Assembly (NCBI GenBank): GCA_963716175.1
Contig: OY970296.1
Span: forward strand, 128,001-192,000
Reading direction: 5' to 3'
Length of the DNA stretch: 64,000 nucleotides
Origin: an uncultured Armatimonadetes bacterium
GTDB lineage: Bacteria; Armatimonadota; Hebobacteria; Hebobacterales; Hebobacteraceae
The translations under genes were made by a program, and so were the position numbers. The notes beneath the pieces are model-generated. The model was given only the letters and a program-made list of their open reading frames with translations. It was not told the origin of the DNA and made no database searches. Of this stretch, positions 11,558 to 20,465 are shown piece after piece (positions within the stretch are counted from its first letter, which is position 1; the number at the start of each line of letters is the position of its first letter).

Positions 11558-13012
11558 ATGAGGCAAAGCGAGATGCAGGAAGTCCAGATGGCGGGTCTGA
11601 GGCATCTGCTGCCAGATCGATGGTGGGAGCAAGCCGCCGGCCTATACCTATGCACGTTCAAGCCCGGCCGCGGGTATGCGCGCGTGCTGTCCCTCGACCA
11701 GGAGAAGGCAGCGGAGGCACTGGCCGGGATCCGCGCGCAGGGGTTTCAGGCCATCGAGATCTTCGCCCCTGCGGAGGGCCGCTTCGGCTACGCGGGTTTG
11801 GACATGACAGATCCCTACAGCATCGACCGGGAACTGGGCACGATAGAGGACTTCCGGCGCTTCGTGCGACTGGCGCACGGCAACGGCATCGCCGTCGTCA
11901 TCTTCCTCAACGTCGGCTACTTCAGCATCGAGGCACCTGCCTGGCTCGAGGCCTGCAGGGACAGGAAGGCGGGACGGGACACTGAGAAGGTGCGCTGGTT
12001 CTCGTGGGCAGACAGCCCGGAGGCCCCGCCGCCAGCGCTGCCGGAGGACCGCGTTTTCTCGGCGGGCGTGATCCCAGGCGGCGGCCCCGATACCCCCAAG
12101 ACGTGGGGGTGGCAGCACAGCGAAGAGGCCGACTGCTACTACTGGGCCAGGTGGCAGGCGAAGGACGCGGAGGGCACCTGGGTCGGCCTCCCGCAAACTG
12201 ACTGGGGTTCCGAAGAGTGGCCGCGAGAAGCAGAGCGGATCATCCGTTTCTGGATGGACACGGGAATCGACGGGATCATCGTTGATGCTCCATGCTGCTA
12301 CTCGCGACTCACTTGGGAGACGAACAACAGGCACATCACGGATGTGATCTCAAGCTACGGGAACACGTATATCCAGGCCGAGGGCGTGGGGGAGGTGGCC
12401 TGGCTTACCGAAGGCGGCTACAACTGTCTGCAGGACTACCGTCTCGGGGAGCGTCTCATCGACGCGATGAGGACCGGTGACCCGCGGCCGATTGAGGAGT
12501 CGCTGAGAGCCTACCGCGATCTGGTGGTCGACTCAGGCGGCGTCCTGTATACGAAGGTCAGCGGAGTCGAGGCCCGCGAGCAGCGGCGGCTGCACGCAGC
12601 GGCGATCGCGAGCATCGGCGACACGCTTGTCTACGGCACACGCGACATGCCAGGCCCCGATGGGGAGGAGCAGTGGTTGCTGCGCACGAGGTTCGTGCAT
12701 CCGGCATTCCACCATCGGTCCAGCCGTCGCCGACTCTCCACCAAGGCCGACAGCACCTGCTACGCTTTCCTCAAAACGGCGCGGGACGGTTCGGAAAGGG
12801 TGCTGGTCGTGCTCAACTTCAGCGGTTCCGCCCAGACGGTCGAGGTGGACCTGAGCGGCGTGGCGGCGGCCGGGCTGATCAGCCTGAGAACCGCCGAGCA
12901 GTTCGGTCGGCCGCCGTCTTTCCATGTCTCTCTGCCCGCCTATGGCTATGCCTTCTTCCAGGTGCTGCCCGTGCTAGCGGAGTCGCCGTGCGTGCTACCA
13001 CACGACCACTGA
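11558..13012 (+). CDS. Alpha-amylase-like (GH13) catalytic-domain protein; start may be 11588
   Basis: IDRELGTIEDFRRFVRLAHGNGIAVV, FWMDTGIDGIIVDA, IQAEG, C-terminal ERVLVVLNFS beta domain. Confidence 0.7.
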   Translation: MRQSEMQEVQMAGLRHLLPDRWWEQAAGLYLCTFKPGRGYARVLSLDQEKAAEALAGIRAQGFQAIEIFAPAEGRFGYAGLDMTDPYSIDRELGTIEDFRRFVRLAHGNGIAVVIFLNVGYFSIEAPAWLEACRDRKAGRDTEKVRWFSWADSPEAPPPALPEDRVFSAGVIPGGGPDTPKTWGWQHSEEADCYYWARWQAKDAEGTWVGLPQTDWGSEEWPREAERIIRFWMDTGIDGIIVDAPCCYSRLTWETNNRHITDVISSYGNTYIQAEGVGEVAWLTEGGYNCLQDYRLGERLIDAMRTGDPRPIEESLRAYRDLVVDSGGVLYTKVSGVEAREQRRLHAAAIASIGDTLVYGTRDMPGPDGEEQWLLRTRFVHPAFHHRSSRRRLSTKADSTCYAFLKTARDGSERVLVVLNFSGSAQTVEVDLSGVAAAGLISLRTAEQFGRPPSFHVSLPAYGYAFFQVLPVLAESPCVLPHDH

Positions 13013-13039
13013 AGCTGCGACCAGCGGCCGGAGCGCTTT

Positions 13040-15169
13040 TCACGCATGGGCGGTTGTGATAACGATCTCCCGGAAGCCGGCGAAACCGTTGTCCACCCGG
13101 AAGCCCGCGCCGCCGCGGCCGAGCTTGGTGTCCTCGCCTGTAAGGACCCTCTTACCGTCGAGCGATGCGGTGATGGTGGTTCCGCGGACGGTGAGCGAGA
13201 GTCGGTGCAGTTCGTCTACCTCCCAGATGCACGGCATTTCTGCTAGCACCGTCTCGCCGTAGTAGTTGAGCAAGAGCTTGAGCGCGTCGCGCGTCTTGAC
13301 GAGCGCGATGAATCGTTCGAGGCCCTGGTAGCGGGCGATGATGCCAGCGGTGTCGGCGCAGTGGATGGAGAGTTGAACCGAAACAGTGTAGTCCGTCCAG
13401 TCTTCATTGCCGGTGGCGAGTATGCCGCACCCCTCATCCTTGCCCACGTAGGTCATCGCAGGGGCGGTCTTGCCAGAGCGGCCGACCACGCGGTCGGCAT
13501 CGACCACCCAGCCGGGAACAGTTCCGTCCTTCTGGGGAAGCTCATCGGGGATATGGATGTCGGGCGGTCCGGTGAAGAGGACTCTGTTCACAAAGAGCGA
13601 TCCGGCGGCGGATGGGCCCCCGGTGATCTCCACCCCAATGTCTTTGACCGGGAACCCGCGGTCGCCCGGTACGGGCAGGGTGAGAGCGAAGGGCGAGCCA
13701 GCCTTGAGCTGGACGGGCTCTCCATAGACCAGCTTCGTGCCCGTCACCTGACTGCCGTCCCCGTCGGCGGCGAGGCACCGAGCGAACAGGCGAATGCTCG
13801 CCTGGCTCTCGCACTTCCTCGCCACCCCCTCAAGCGTGACCACCTGCCCAGCGTAGACCTTCGGGGTTCCGACGATCCCATAGCCATAGCCAACAGGCTC
13901 TGCGAGAACCGGCGTGGACACGCGAACCGGATGGTTTGGCGCTGCCTCCTGGTAGGCTATCTCCATCACCCGCGTTCCGTTCGGTCCTGCGACATTCGCC
14001 ACCGCGCCCGTTCCAGGCATGCCCTGGTCGGTTCTCTCGACCATGTACCCGTGCCGGCTGCCGGGCAGGATGAAGTGATGCCAGGCGCCGCCCTTGGGCG
14101 CCTCCAGCTCGGGCCAGCCCATGATCTTCCGGCCGATGCGGGCAATGTGGAGGGCTTCCTGGAGGCAGTCGGAGACGTGGCGGCTGCCTTCGGCAGTGGG
14201 AAGGAGCATGCGATCGGCGAAGGGGCCCCGGAAGTCATAGTCCTTGCTGATGCCGTCGAGGCCTGCAACCAGTCCCATGACTGTGCCGACATTGGCGGCG
14301 TTGCAGTCGGTATCCCATCCGGCGGTGGTGACGATGGCCAGGGCCCGGCGGAAGTCGTCGAGCGCGTAGCTCCATGCCATCACCATGAGCGCGTGGTTCG
14401 GGATGACGTGGCAGCCTCCGCCGTAGCTGTCATAACCGTACTTTCCTGCGATCCGGTCATAGGTCCGATGCCAATCGCCGTCTTGCCGACACCAGGAGCG
14501 GACGTCGCGGTGGAGCTGCCCGACCAAGCTGTTCCGAGCGATGACGCTGACGCCGATATCGAGCAGCCTCTGCATATCTTTCTCGACGAAGGCGGCGGAA
14601 ACCATAGCGGCAACGACCATGGCGGCGTTGACCGCTTCGCCGTCATGGGAGACCTGCGCGGCGGGCCGCGCGAGGCGGGCGGCGAGCTGGGGATCGCCGG
14701 GAGCGACCAGGCCGAAGGCGTCGATGAAGATCTGGGCGCCGATCTGTTCGGCGACGACGCGGCCGTTGAGCGCGATGCTGCCGCTGCGGGGGCTCGGGAT
14801 GCCGTGCTTCAGGCGCAGGTAGGCGGTGTGCTCCGTGGACACGCCCAGGCCGCCCCACCAGAGGATCGTCTTGCCCTCAATGAGATAGTTGAGCCAGGTC
14901 TTCCCGAAGAAGTCGGGCGTGGTGTCGGCATAGCGGCCGGAGTCCTCTAGGGCGCGGACAAAGGTGAAGGTGCCGCTGATGTCATCATCGGGCACGACGA
15001 GGGGAACTCCGCGGTCGGCGGCGATGTAGTGATCGATGAGGCCCCATTTCTCAACCAGCCTTTGCTGTTCCCATCCCTCCACGGGGCGGGCGAGGTAGAC
15101 GCCAATAACCTTGCCGAGCACACCGGCGTAGACCTGTTGTTCGTAGTTGGCAATCTCAGATGCGGCCAT
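13040..15169 (-). CDS. ADP-ribosylglycohydrolase family protein with C-terminal beta-sandwich domains
   Basis: YAGVLGKVIGVYL, DDDISGTF, EQIGAQIFID, GWDTDCNAANVG. Confidence 0.85.
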   Translation of the reverse strand: MAASEIANYEQQVYAGVLGKVIGVYLARPVEGWEQQRLVEKWGLIDHYIAADRGVPLVVPDDDISGTFTFVRALEDSGRYADTTPDFFGKTWLNYLIEGKTILWWGGLGVSTEHTAYLRLKHGIPSPRSGSIALNGRVVAEQIGAQIFIDAFGLVAPGDPQLAARLARPAAQVSHDGEAVNAAMVVAAMVSAAFVEKDMQRLLDIGVSVIARNSLVGQLHRDVRSWCRQDGDWHRTYDRIAGKYGYDSYGGGCHVIPNHALMVMAWSYALDDFRRALAIVTTAGWDTDCNAANVGTVMGLVAGLDGISKDYDFRGPFADRMLLPTAEGSRHVSDCLQEALHIARIGRKIMGWPELEAPKGGAWHHFILPGSRHGYMVERTDQGMPGTGAVANVAGPNGTRVMEIAYQEAAPNHPVRVSTPVLAEPVGYGYGIVGTPKVYAGQVVTLEGVARKCESQASIRLFARCLAADGDGSQVTGTKLVYGEPVQLKAGSPFALTLPVPGDRGFPVKDIGVEITGGPSAAGSLFVNRVLFTGPPDIHIPDELPQKDGTVPGWVVDADRVVGRSGKTAPAMTYVGKDEGCGILATGNEDWTDYTVSVQLSIHCADTAGIIARYQGLERFIALVKTRDALKLLLNYYGETVLAEMPCIWEVDELHRLSLTVRGTTITASLDGKRVLTGEDTKLGRGGAGFRVDNGFAGFREIVITTAHA

Positions 15170-15232
15170 CTCTTGCCTCCTATAGTCGCTGTTGAACGCC
15201 GCTAGCGGCGCGCCATTTCCGAACTCCGGTCA

Positions 15233-17218
15233 CTAGAACCGCCCCCGGGTGGCGAGCGCAATGACATTCCAGAGCGAGCTGTTCAGCACATCGCCCACGA
15301 TCAGACCGACCGCTAGTGGGATCGTCCTTCGGTAGAGCCGAAGCCCGCCGTAGCGTATCACCGCCGACTTCAGCAGCCACGCGATGAGGAACGGGAATGT
15401 GCCCATGCCTTGAGGGAGGCTATTCGACAGCAGGTACCCCAACGGGTGCAGTGGCCACCACAGGAATCGCAACCGCATCAGCCCGAGCAGCACGCATACG
15501 ACTCCTCCCGCACCCACGTAGAACAAGCCCGACGCGCTCCCACCACCTCCGTTCGTGATGTCCCACCAGATGCTGCTGCCGTCATCCCGAAGCGCCCACG
15601 TCACGAAGTAGTCGCCTTTCGCGGCTCCTGTCCCGAGAAGACCGTAGTGGTACATGCCAGACAAGGTCACAAACATGCCTGTGGCCAGAGCAACCACGAA
15701 CGCGGCGAGCAGCAGATAGGTGAGTCGCCTCGGATTCGTGCCGTTCGCATCCGCGATCTTGAACGAGGTCAGCGTGTTGAGCGAGCAGGCGCTGAAGATC
15801 CTGCTCGGGAGCGGAGCGCCGGCCCAGTTCATCATGTACAAGCTGACGGTTTCCATGGGCAACAGGTTGCGCATGCCCACAGATGCACTGAAGATGTCGT
15901 TGAACCACCAGAAGAACGGATCCAGAGCGCCCTCTGCTTGCAGGCGAGCGTAGGCCAGATACACGCCGACTAGCAGGGCGACATAGGCCAGTCCGAAGGC
16001 AAGTCGGCAGCCCGAGAGGACGAAAAAGGCGACGAGCCAGGCGAAGCATGCCGAGAAGCCGAGCAGCGTCCACCGATACGGCAGGGGCTCGTCGCGGTCG
16101 CCTTCTGGAGAGCGGCGGCTGAGGGCAATGCGCAGCGCGCGGGACAAATGCCTCCGCGAGGTCCACAAGGCCCAGAGGGAGAGAGCTACTACCGCCCCGG
16201 TGGCCTGGTTGTACGGCGCGGGGAAGTCGAATCGCCACCAGTCCTGGGCCGAGCCGGGCTCTGCCCCGTATCCGATCGCCAGAGCGCACAGCCCGATCCG
16301 CACCAGCCAGAGAAACCAGACGGAGAACAGGAGATCCTTCGGGAGAATGTAGGCGAGAGAGATCAGCCACGGGTAGAGCCAGAGCTCGACCGTGCCAAGC
16401 GCCGAAGCCGGGCCAACCACTTGCCTGCCCATGACACTGGCCTGGAGGGGGAGCGAGGGGATCGCCGGATAACGCTGCGAGAGCTGGCTGATGAAGCCCA
16501 CGGCAGCGGCGAGCGCGAGGCCCGCCCAGAACGCTCTGCGGACAGGAAGGCGTCCAGCGTGGCTACCATCAGGCATCTCGTCCACGCTCTCGAGCGGAAT
16601 CTGCGCAAGGGGGAATGTCAGGCGCTCGTGTCTGATCCACTGCTTCTGAACCAGCACAAGGAGGCAGATGTTGGCGCCGAACAGGCAGAGCATGAATGAT
16701 GCCCAGGCCAGCAGCGGCACCGCCCACTCGACCCAGGGAACCGTGGCCCGGCCCAGGAAGTAGTCCTCCACCGCGGAGAGCGAAGAGGGTCCCCACCACG
16801 TTGGGATCAGGTTGAGGTAGGTAGTATCCCACTCCGGATGAGCGCGCGCCAGGTAGAAGTAGCTCGGGACCTTAGACAGCAGGTAGAAGAGCACGTTCAT
16901 GCCGAACACGGGCGTCACCACAAGCACGACTGAGTAGACCGTGAGTAGCTCCGGCCGGGTCAGCCCGAAACGGCGGAGAGCCGGCACGCTCGTGAGCGCT
17001 GTCAGCAGGAAGAGAACCGTAAGCGGCCAGGGCGCCGGCACACCGCTGGACCAGAAAAAGGGACCCTTCTGCCACACGATCTCCCCATAGAAGATCGCTG
17101 GGGCAGTCGCGGCCGCGATCAGGAGGGCGATGCCGGCCGCGCGCCAGGTCACGTCCCGGGTTTGGCCTGCAGGCTCACCAGCGTCAGCGCGGGTATCGGT
17201 ATCCGCAGCCTGCGGCAT
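15233..17218 (-). CDS. DUF6785/DUF6784-type polytopic membrane protein (OPT-like putative transporter), copy 1
   Basis: Many hydrophobic segments; KQWIRHERLTFPL, WWPLHPLGY, RYGGLRLYRR motifs shared with three paralogs. Confidence 0.8.
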   Translation of the reverse strand: MPQAADTDTRADAGEPAGQTRDVTWRAAGIALLIAAATAPAIFYGEIVWQKGPFFWSSGVPAPWPLTVLFLLTALTSVPALRRFGLTRPELLTVYSVVLVVTPVFGMNVLFYLLSKVPSYFYLARAHPEWDTTYLNLIPTWWGPSSLSAVEDYFLGRATVPWVEWAVPLLAWASFMLCLFGANICLLVLVQKQWIRHERLTFPLAQIPLESVDEMPDGSHAGRLPVRRAFWAGLALAAAVGFISQLSQRYPAIPSLPLQASVMGRQVVGPASALGTVELWLYPWLISLAYILPKDLLFSVWFLWLVRIGLCALAIGYGAEPGSAQDWWRFDFPAPYNQATGAVVALSLWALWTSRRHLSRALRIALSRRSPEGDRDEPLPYRWTLLGFSACFAWLVAFFVLSGCRLAFGLAYVALLVGVYLAYARLQAEGALDPFFWWFNDIFSASVGMRNLLPMETVSLYMMNWAGAPLPSRIFSACSLNTLTSFKIADANGTNPRRLTYLLLAAFVVALATGMFVTLSGMYHYGLLGTGAAKGDYFVTWALRDDGSSIWWDITNGGGGSASGLFYVGAGGVVCVLLGLMRLRFLWWPLHPLGYLLSNSLPQGMGTFPFLIAWLLKSAVIRYGGLRLYRRTIPLAVGLIVGDVLNSSLWNVIALATRGRF

Positions 17219-17369
17219 GGCGATTACTGCACCCCCGACCCAAATCCGAGGAGGCCACGCGAGAGGACACACCTGCAGTCTATGCCATCAAGGACGCGGT
17301 GACAGCGGAGCGTCCGCCGTCGCGGCTGCTCCGCCCGATAGGCCCTATGCAGGCATTGTGCGGCGGGCG

Positions 17370-18434
17370 CTAGAAGAGCGCCGGCTGTGGTGGGCTGCAG
17401 TCGCACATGAACCCGTCCGGCGTGGGGAACGAGGCAGGGCCTTCGTAGATGAGGCCCATTGGCCAAGTATCGCCACCACGCGCCAGTTCAGCCCACTTGG
17501 CAATCAGGCCCTCGGAGCTGAACCACTGTGCGTGGCCGTCGAGGAAGCCAACGTTCACCCCACCCAAGTGCCGGGCATAGCGCTTCCGCAGATTCACGTC
17601 CTTCAGCAGCGAGCCGTCGCTCGGCGCGTAGATCCCGCACGCTGCCGCGTCAGGGCAGTTTTCCCAGTTGGGCGTCTCCCCGCAGTTCGGCGCGGAGCAC
17701 CACAGGCAGCAGATCTCAGGATACGCGGCCAACGCGATGTTCATGTAGTCGGTGTTCGACTTCCAGCCTCCGTCCCCACAGAAGACGAAGCTGGCCGGGT
17801 CATTGACCGAAGAGAGCTTGCGCTCGTAGTTCGATCTCCCTAGCCCCAGGGCTAGCAGAGCATCAAGGTTCACCGTGATGGACTGCTCGAAGCGGCCCAC
17901 TGTGTCGGTCGCGCCCTGCGCCGGGGTGTAAGCGGGTCCCTGAAGGAAGGTGTCGGTGACGGAGCCACCCCAGCCAGGCGGAAACCAGCCGTTGAAAGTG
18001 CAGAGGGCATCGTCGCCGCGCCAAGCAGGCTCGTTGGCAAGCATTACGGCGAACCAGTCAGGGCCCGGGTTGATGAGGCCGGCGCCGCCGACGACCCTCG
18101 CGCTCGGACATCGCCAGACGTCCCGGTTCCTAACGTACTCATCGAGGACGACCGGCGCTTTCAGGTACGGGTTGGCAAGCGTGGCCGCCTCCGTGCAGCC
18201 GAACATGTCAACCACTTCCGGCCGATGCTCCGAGGGCATGAGCCTGTCGTAGTCCGCCAGGTACATCTGCACCGCCATGGCGATGTTCTTGATGCTCGAC
18301 AGGCACTGGATCTTGCGGGCCGACTCGCGCGCTCGTGCAAAGACGGGGAACAGCATGGCTGCGAGGATCGCGATGATCGCGATCACCACCAACAGCTCGA
18401 TCAGCGTGAACCCGCTGCGTCTTCGTGCAAACAT
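17370..18434 (-). CDS. Prepilin-type N-terminal cleavage/methylation, DUF1559-like, H-X9-DG protein, copy 1
   Basis: RSG|[32 protein letters not shown]; [15 protein letters not shown]; GGAGG SD. Confidence 0.9.
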   Translation of the reverse strand: MFARRRSGFTLIELLVVIAIIAILAAMLFPVFARARESARKIQCLSSIKNIAMAVQMYLADYDRLMPSEHRPEVVDMFGCTEAATLANPYLKAPVVLDEYVRNRDVWRCPSARVVGGAGLINPGPDWFAVMLANEPAWRGDDALCTFNGWFPPGWGGSVTDTFLQGPAYTPAQGATDTVGRFEQSITVNLDALLALGLGRSNYERKLSSVNDPASFVFCGDGGWKSNTDYMNIALAAYPEICCLWCSAPNCGETPNWENCPDAAACGIYAPSDGSLLKDVNLRKRYARHLGGVNVGFLDGHAQWFSSEGLIAKWAELARGGDTWPMGLIYEGPASFPTPDGFMCDCSPPQPALF

Positions 18435-18674
18435 CCTGGTCCAACCTCCTCTTAGGCTAGACATCAACACGACATCCCACGGGCAACTGCCTTGACCCTT
18501 GTCCCCTCCCTTCACTCACGCGTGTTGAACAAATCCGTTGAGATCGCCTCAGCACCGGCTCCTCAGCTCGGCCGCGTACTGGGGCTATGCGAACTGCCTT
18601 CGTGGTCCTGACACCACTCTCGGTGCACCGTTCGGCTTCCGTGATGCCAAGACGCCGGTTCCTCCACCGCTTGC

Positions 18675-18745
18675 ACTCTACGCTCAACTCCCCCAGAGAA
18701 GAATGCACGATTCTCTTGACTATTTGCACTATTCTGCTATATCGT
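18675..18745. promoter_or_regulatory. Divergent promoters with putative AraC operator
   Basis: Minus-strand -10 TAGAGT (18680-18675) with weak -35 TTCTTC; GAATGCACGATTC box; ATTCT repeats 21 bp apart; plus-strand TTGACT-N18-TATCGT. Same layout at 49744-49814. Confidence 0.6.
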
Positions 18746-18823
18746 GTCGGCCGACATGGCGGCAGACCAACGCGGCTTCCCTCCTCCGGATGCCTCGAAG
18801 CTGAGCCAAGAAGGAGCGATCTC

Positions 18824-19651
18824 ATGGCAGATCTTGACGACCGGGAAGAAGCAGAGCCGTTGGCAGTGACCGGTCTCGGCGTCCTCTGGGTACGCCAGCT
18901 CGGGTTCACCATAGACCGGGCCCATGGGCTCGGCCAATACTTGCTGCTGCGCTTCTATACTCCGATGTTGGTGCGCACTGTCGCCGGGCTGGTGCACGGA
19001 GAGCCTGGCGACTGTCTTCTCTACGAGCCAACGTTCCCTCAGTGGTTTACCGGGCGCGGTGTGGGATACATTGACGACTGGGTGCATATCAAGGGCCCGG
19101 CGATGCCTGAGCTTGTCGCTCGTTACCGGGTGCCGGCGAACACGCTCTTCCGGCCCCGCGAGGTTGACTTTTTCCCGTCCATGCTGGAGGCGATCAACCG
19201 AGAGCTACATCGAAGAGAGCTGTTCTGGCAGGACTCCGTCCGGACGCTGGTCGAGGCACTACTGTTGAGGCTGGGCCGGCTGGCGAACGAGCAAGAACGC
19301 TTCGACCTAAGGCCGGCCGACCTGGCCCGTGCCGACGTGTTCCGGAGCATCCGCATGCAGGTTCACGAGCGGCTGGAGGAGCGGTGGGCAGTACCGAGGA
19401 TGGCGGACCTGGCTCACGTGAGCCCCTCTCGCTTCGCCGTACTCTACAAGAAGCTGTTCGGCGTCAGCCCCATAGAGGATCTCATTGACGCTCGGCTGGC
19501 GAGAGCCCGGGCGCTGCTGACGAACGCGGGCCTGTCCGTTGGCGAGGCGGCCGCTCAGACCGGATTCACCAGTCTCTGCTACTTCAGCCGACTCTTCCAC
19601 CGTCGGGTGGGCAGCACCCCGAGGGACTACTGCCGCCGCGACCTCCAGTAA
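18824..19651 (+). CDS. AraC-family transcriptional regulator
   Basis: Cupin-like N-terminus; C-terminal double HTH (VGEAAAQTGFTSLCYFSRLFHRRVGSTP); AAGGAG SD. Confidence 0.92.
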   Translation: MADLDDREEAEPLAVTGLGVLWVRQLGFTIDRAHGLGQYLLLRFYTPMLVRTVAGLVHGEPGDCLLYEPTFPQWFTGRGVGYIDDWVHIKGPAMPELVARYRVPANTLFRPREVDFFPSMLEAINRELHRRELFWQDSVRTLVEALLLRLGRLANEQERFDLRPADLARADVFRSIRMQVHERLEERWAVPRMADLAHVSPSRFAVLYKKLFGVSPIEDLIDARLARARALLTNAGLSVGEAAAQTGFTSLCYFSRLFHRRVGSTPRDYCRRDLQ

Positions 19652-20465
19652 GGGGAGCCCACGGAGGCGGCCGCAGAGGAGGCAGTTGCCGCAGCCACGC
19701 CGGTCGTGGCCGCCAGCAGTGCCCGTAGCGCCGCCAGGCGCGGATCGCGTCGGCGTACCGCCTGCAATCGCTGACACACTGAGGCCGATCTCGATCGCCA
19801 CAACCGGTGCTTCAGCTTGCGTGTGTGGGGCGCTCGCAGGACCGCCTGTGTATGTCAGGCGACGATGAGACCGCTGCCCGGGCGCGGACCTCTGGACGCG
19901 AATCCGATTTATCACGCGACAAACCTCGGGTTGCCTGGGTGCGCGAGCCCTGCTGTCGGTCTCGAAACCTGGTAAGACCGCCACCCTTGGGCCTGTGGGA
20001 GGGCGTACAGGCGCGGGGCTCGCGGTTCGTCGAGACCGGGTCGGCGATGGCGCAGAGTGGCGGCTACGCTGCGGACCGCTCTGGCAGTCTGAGGATTGCT
20101 GGAATCCCCAGGTGATCCGTCAGGGCTTCGGGGCCCCCTCCGTCTCCTGCACGCGAGACGGCCCCCATCGCAACTGACGCGATGCCGACCGTCGTCACTC
20201 GATCGTTGAGCTTCCCCACCGCCAACCTCAGTGAGTATCGCGGTAAAGCACTCTTCGATGGCCGTCGCCGGTTCTGCCCGTGGAGACTGGCATTGATCGG
20301 CGGGGCGCTCTCCATCGAAGGCGCAGCTCAGGATGGCAGATGAGTCTCTGGACAGCATAGGGGGCTCATTGCCTGTTGACAAGCGCAGGCCGCCCCATCG
20401 GAATCTTGAGAGGTGGAGCAGCCTTCGTCCCTGCCGGCAGAGCACGCTGGGCCGTGAAGTCCAAG

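Noticed and set aside
13361-14950. Long antisense or alternate-frame ORFs (also 3547..4680, 21501..22472, 27490..28953, 29311..30954, 36307..37638, 42423..43640)
   Set aside because: Shadow ORFs of well-supported genes in high-GC DNA; no motifs of their own.
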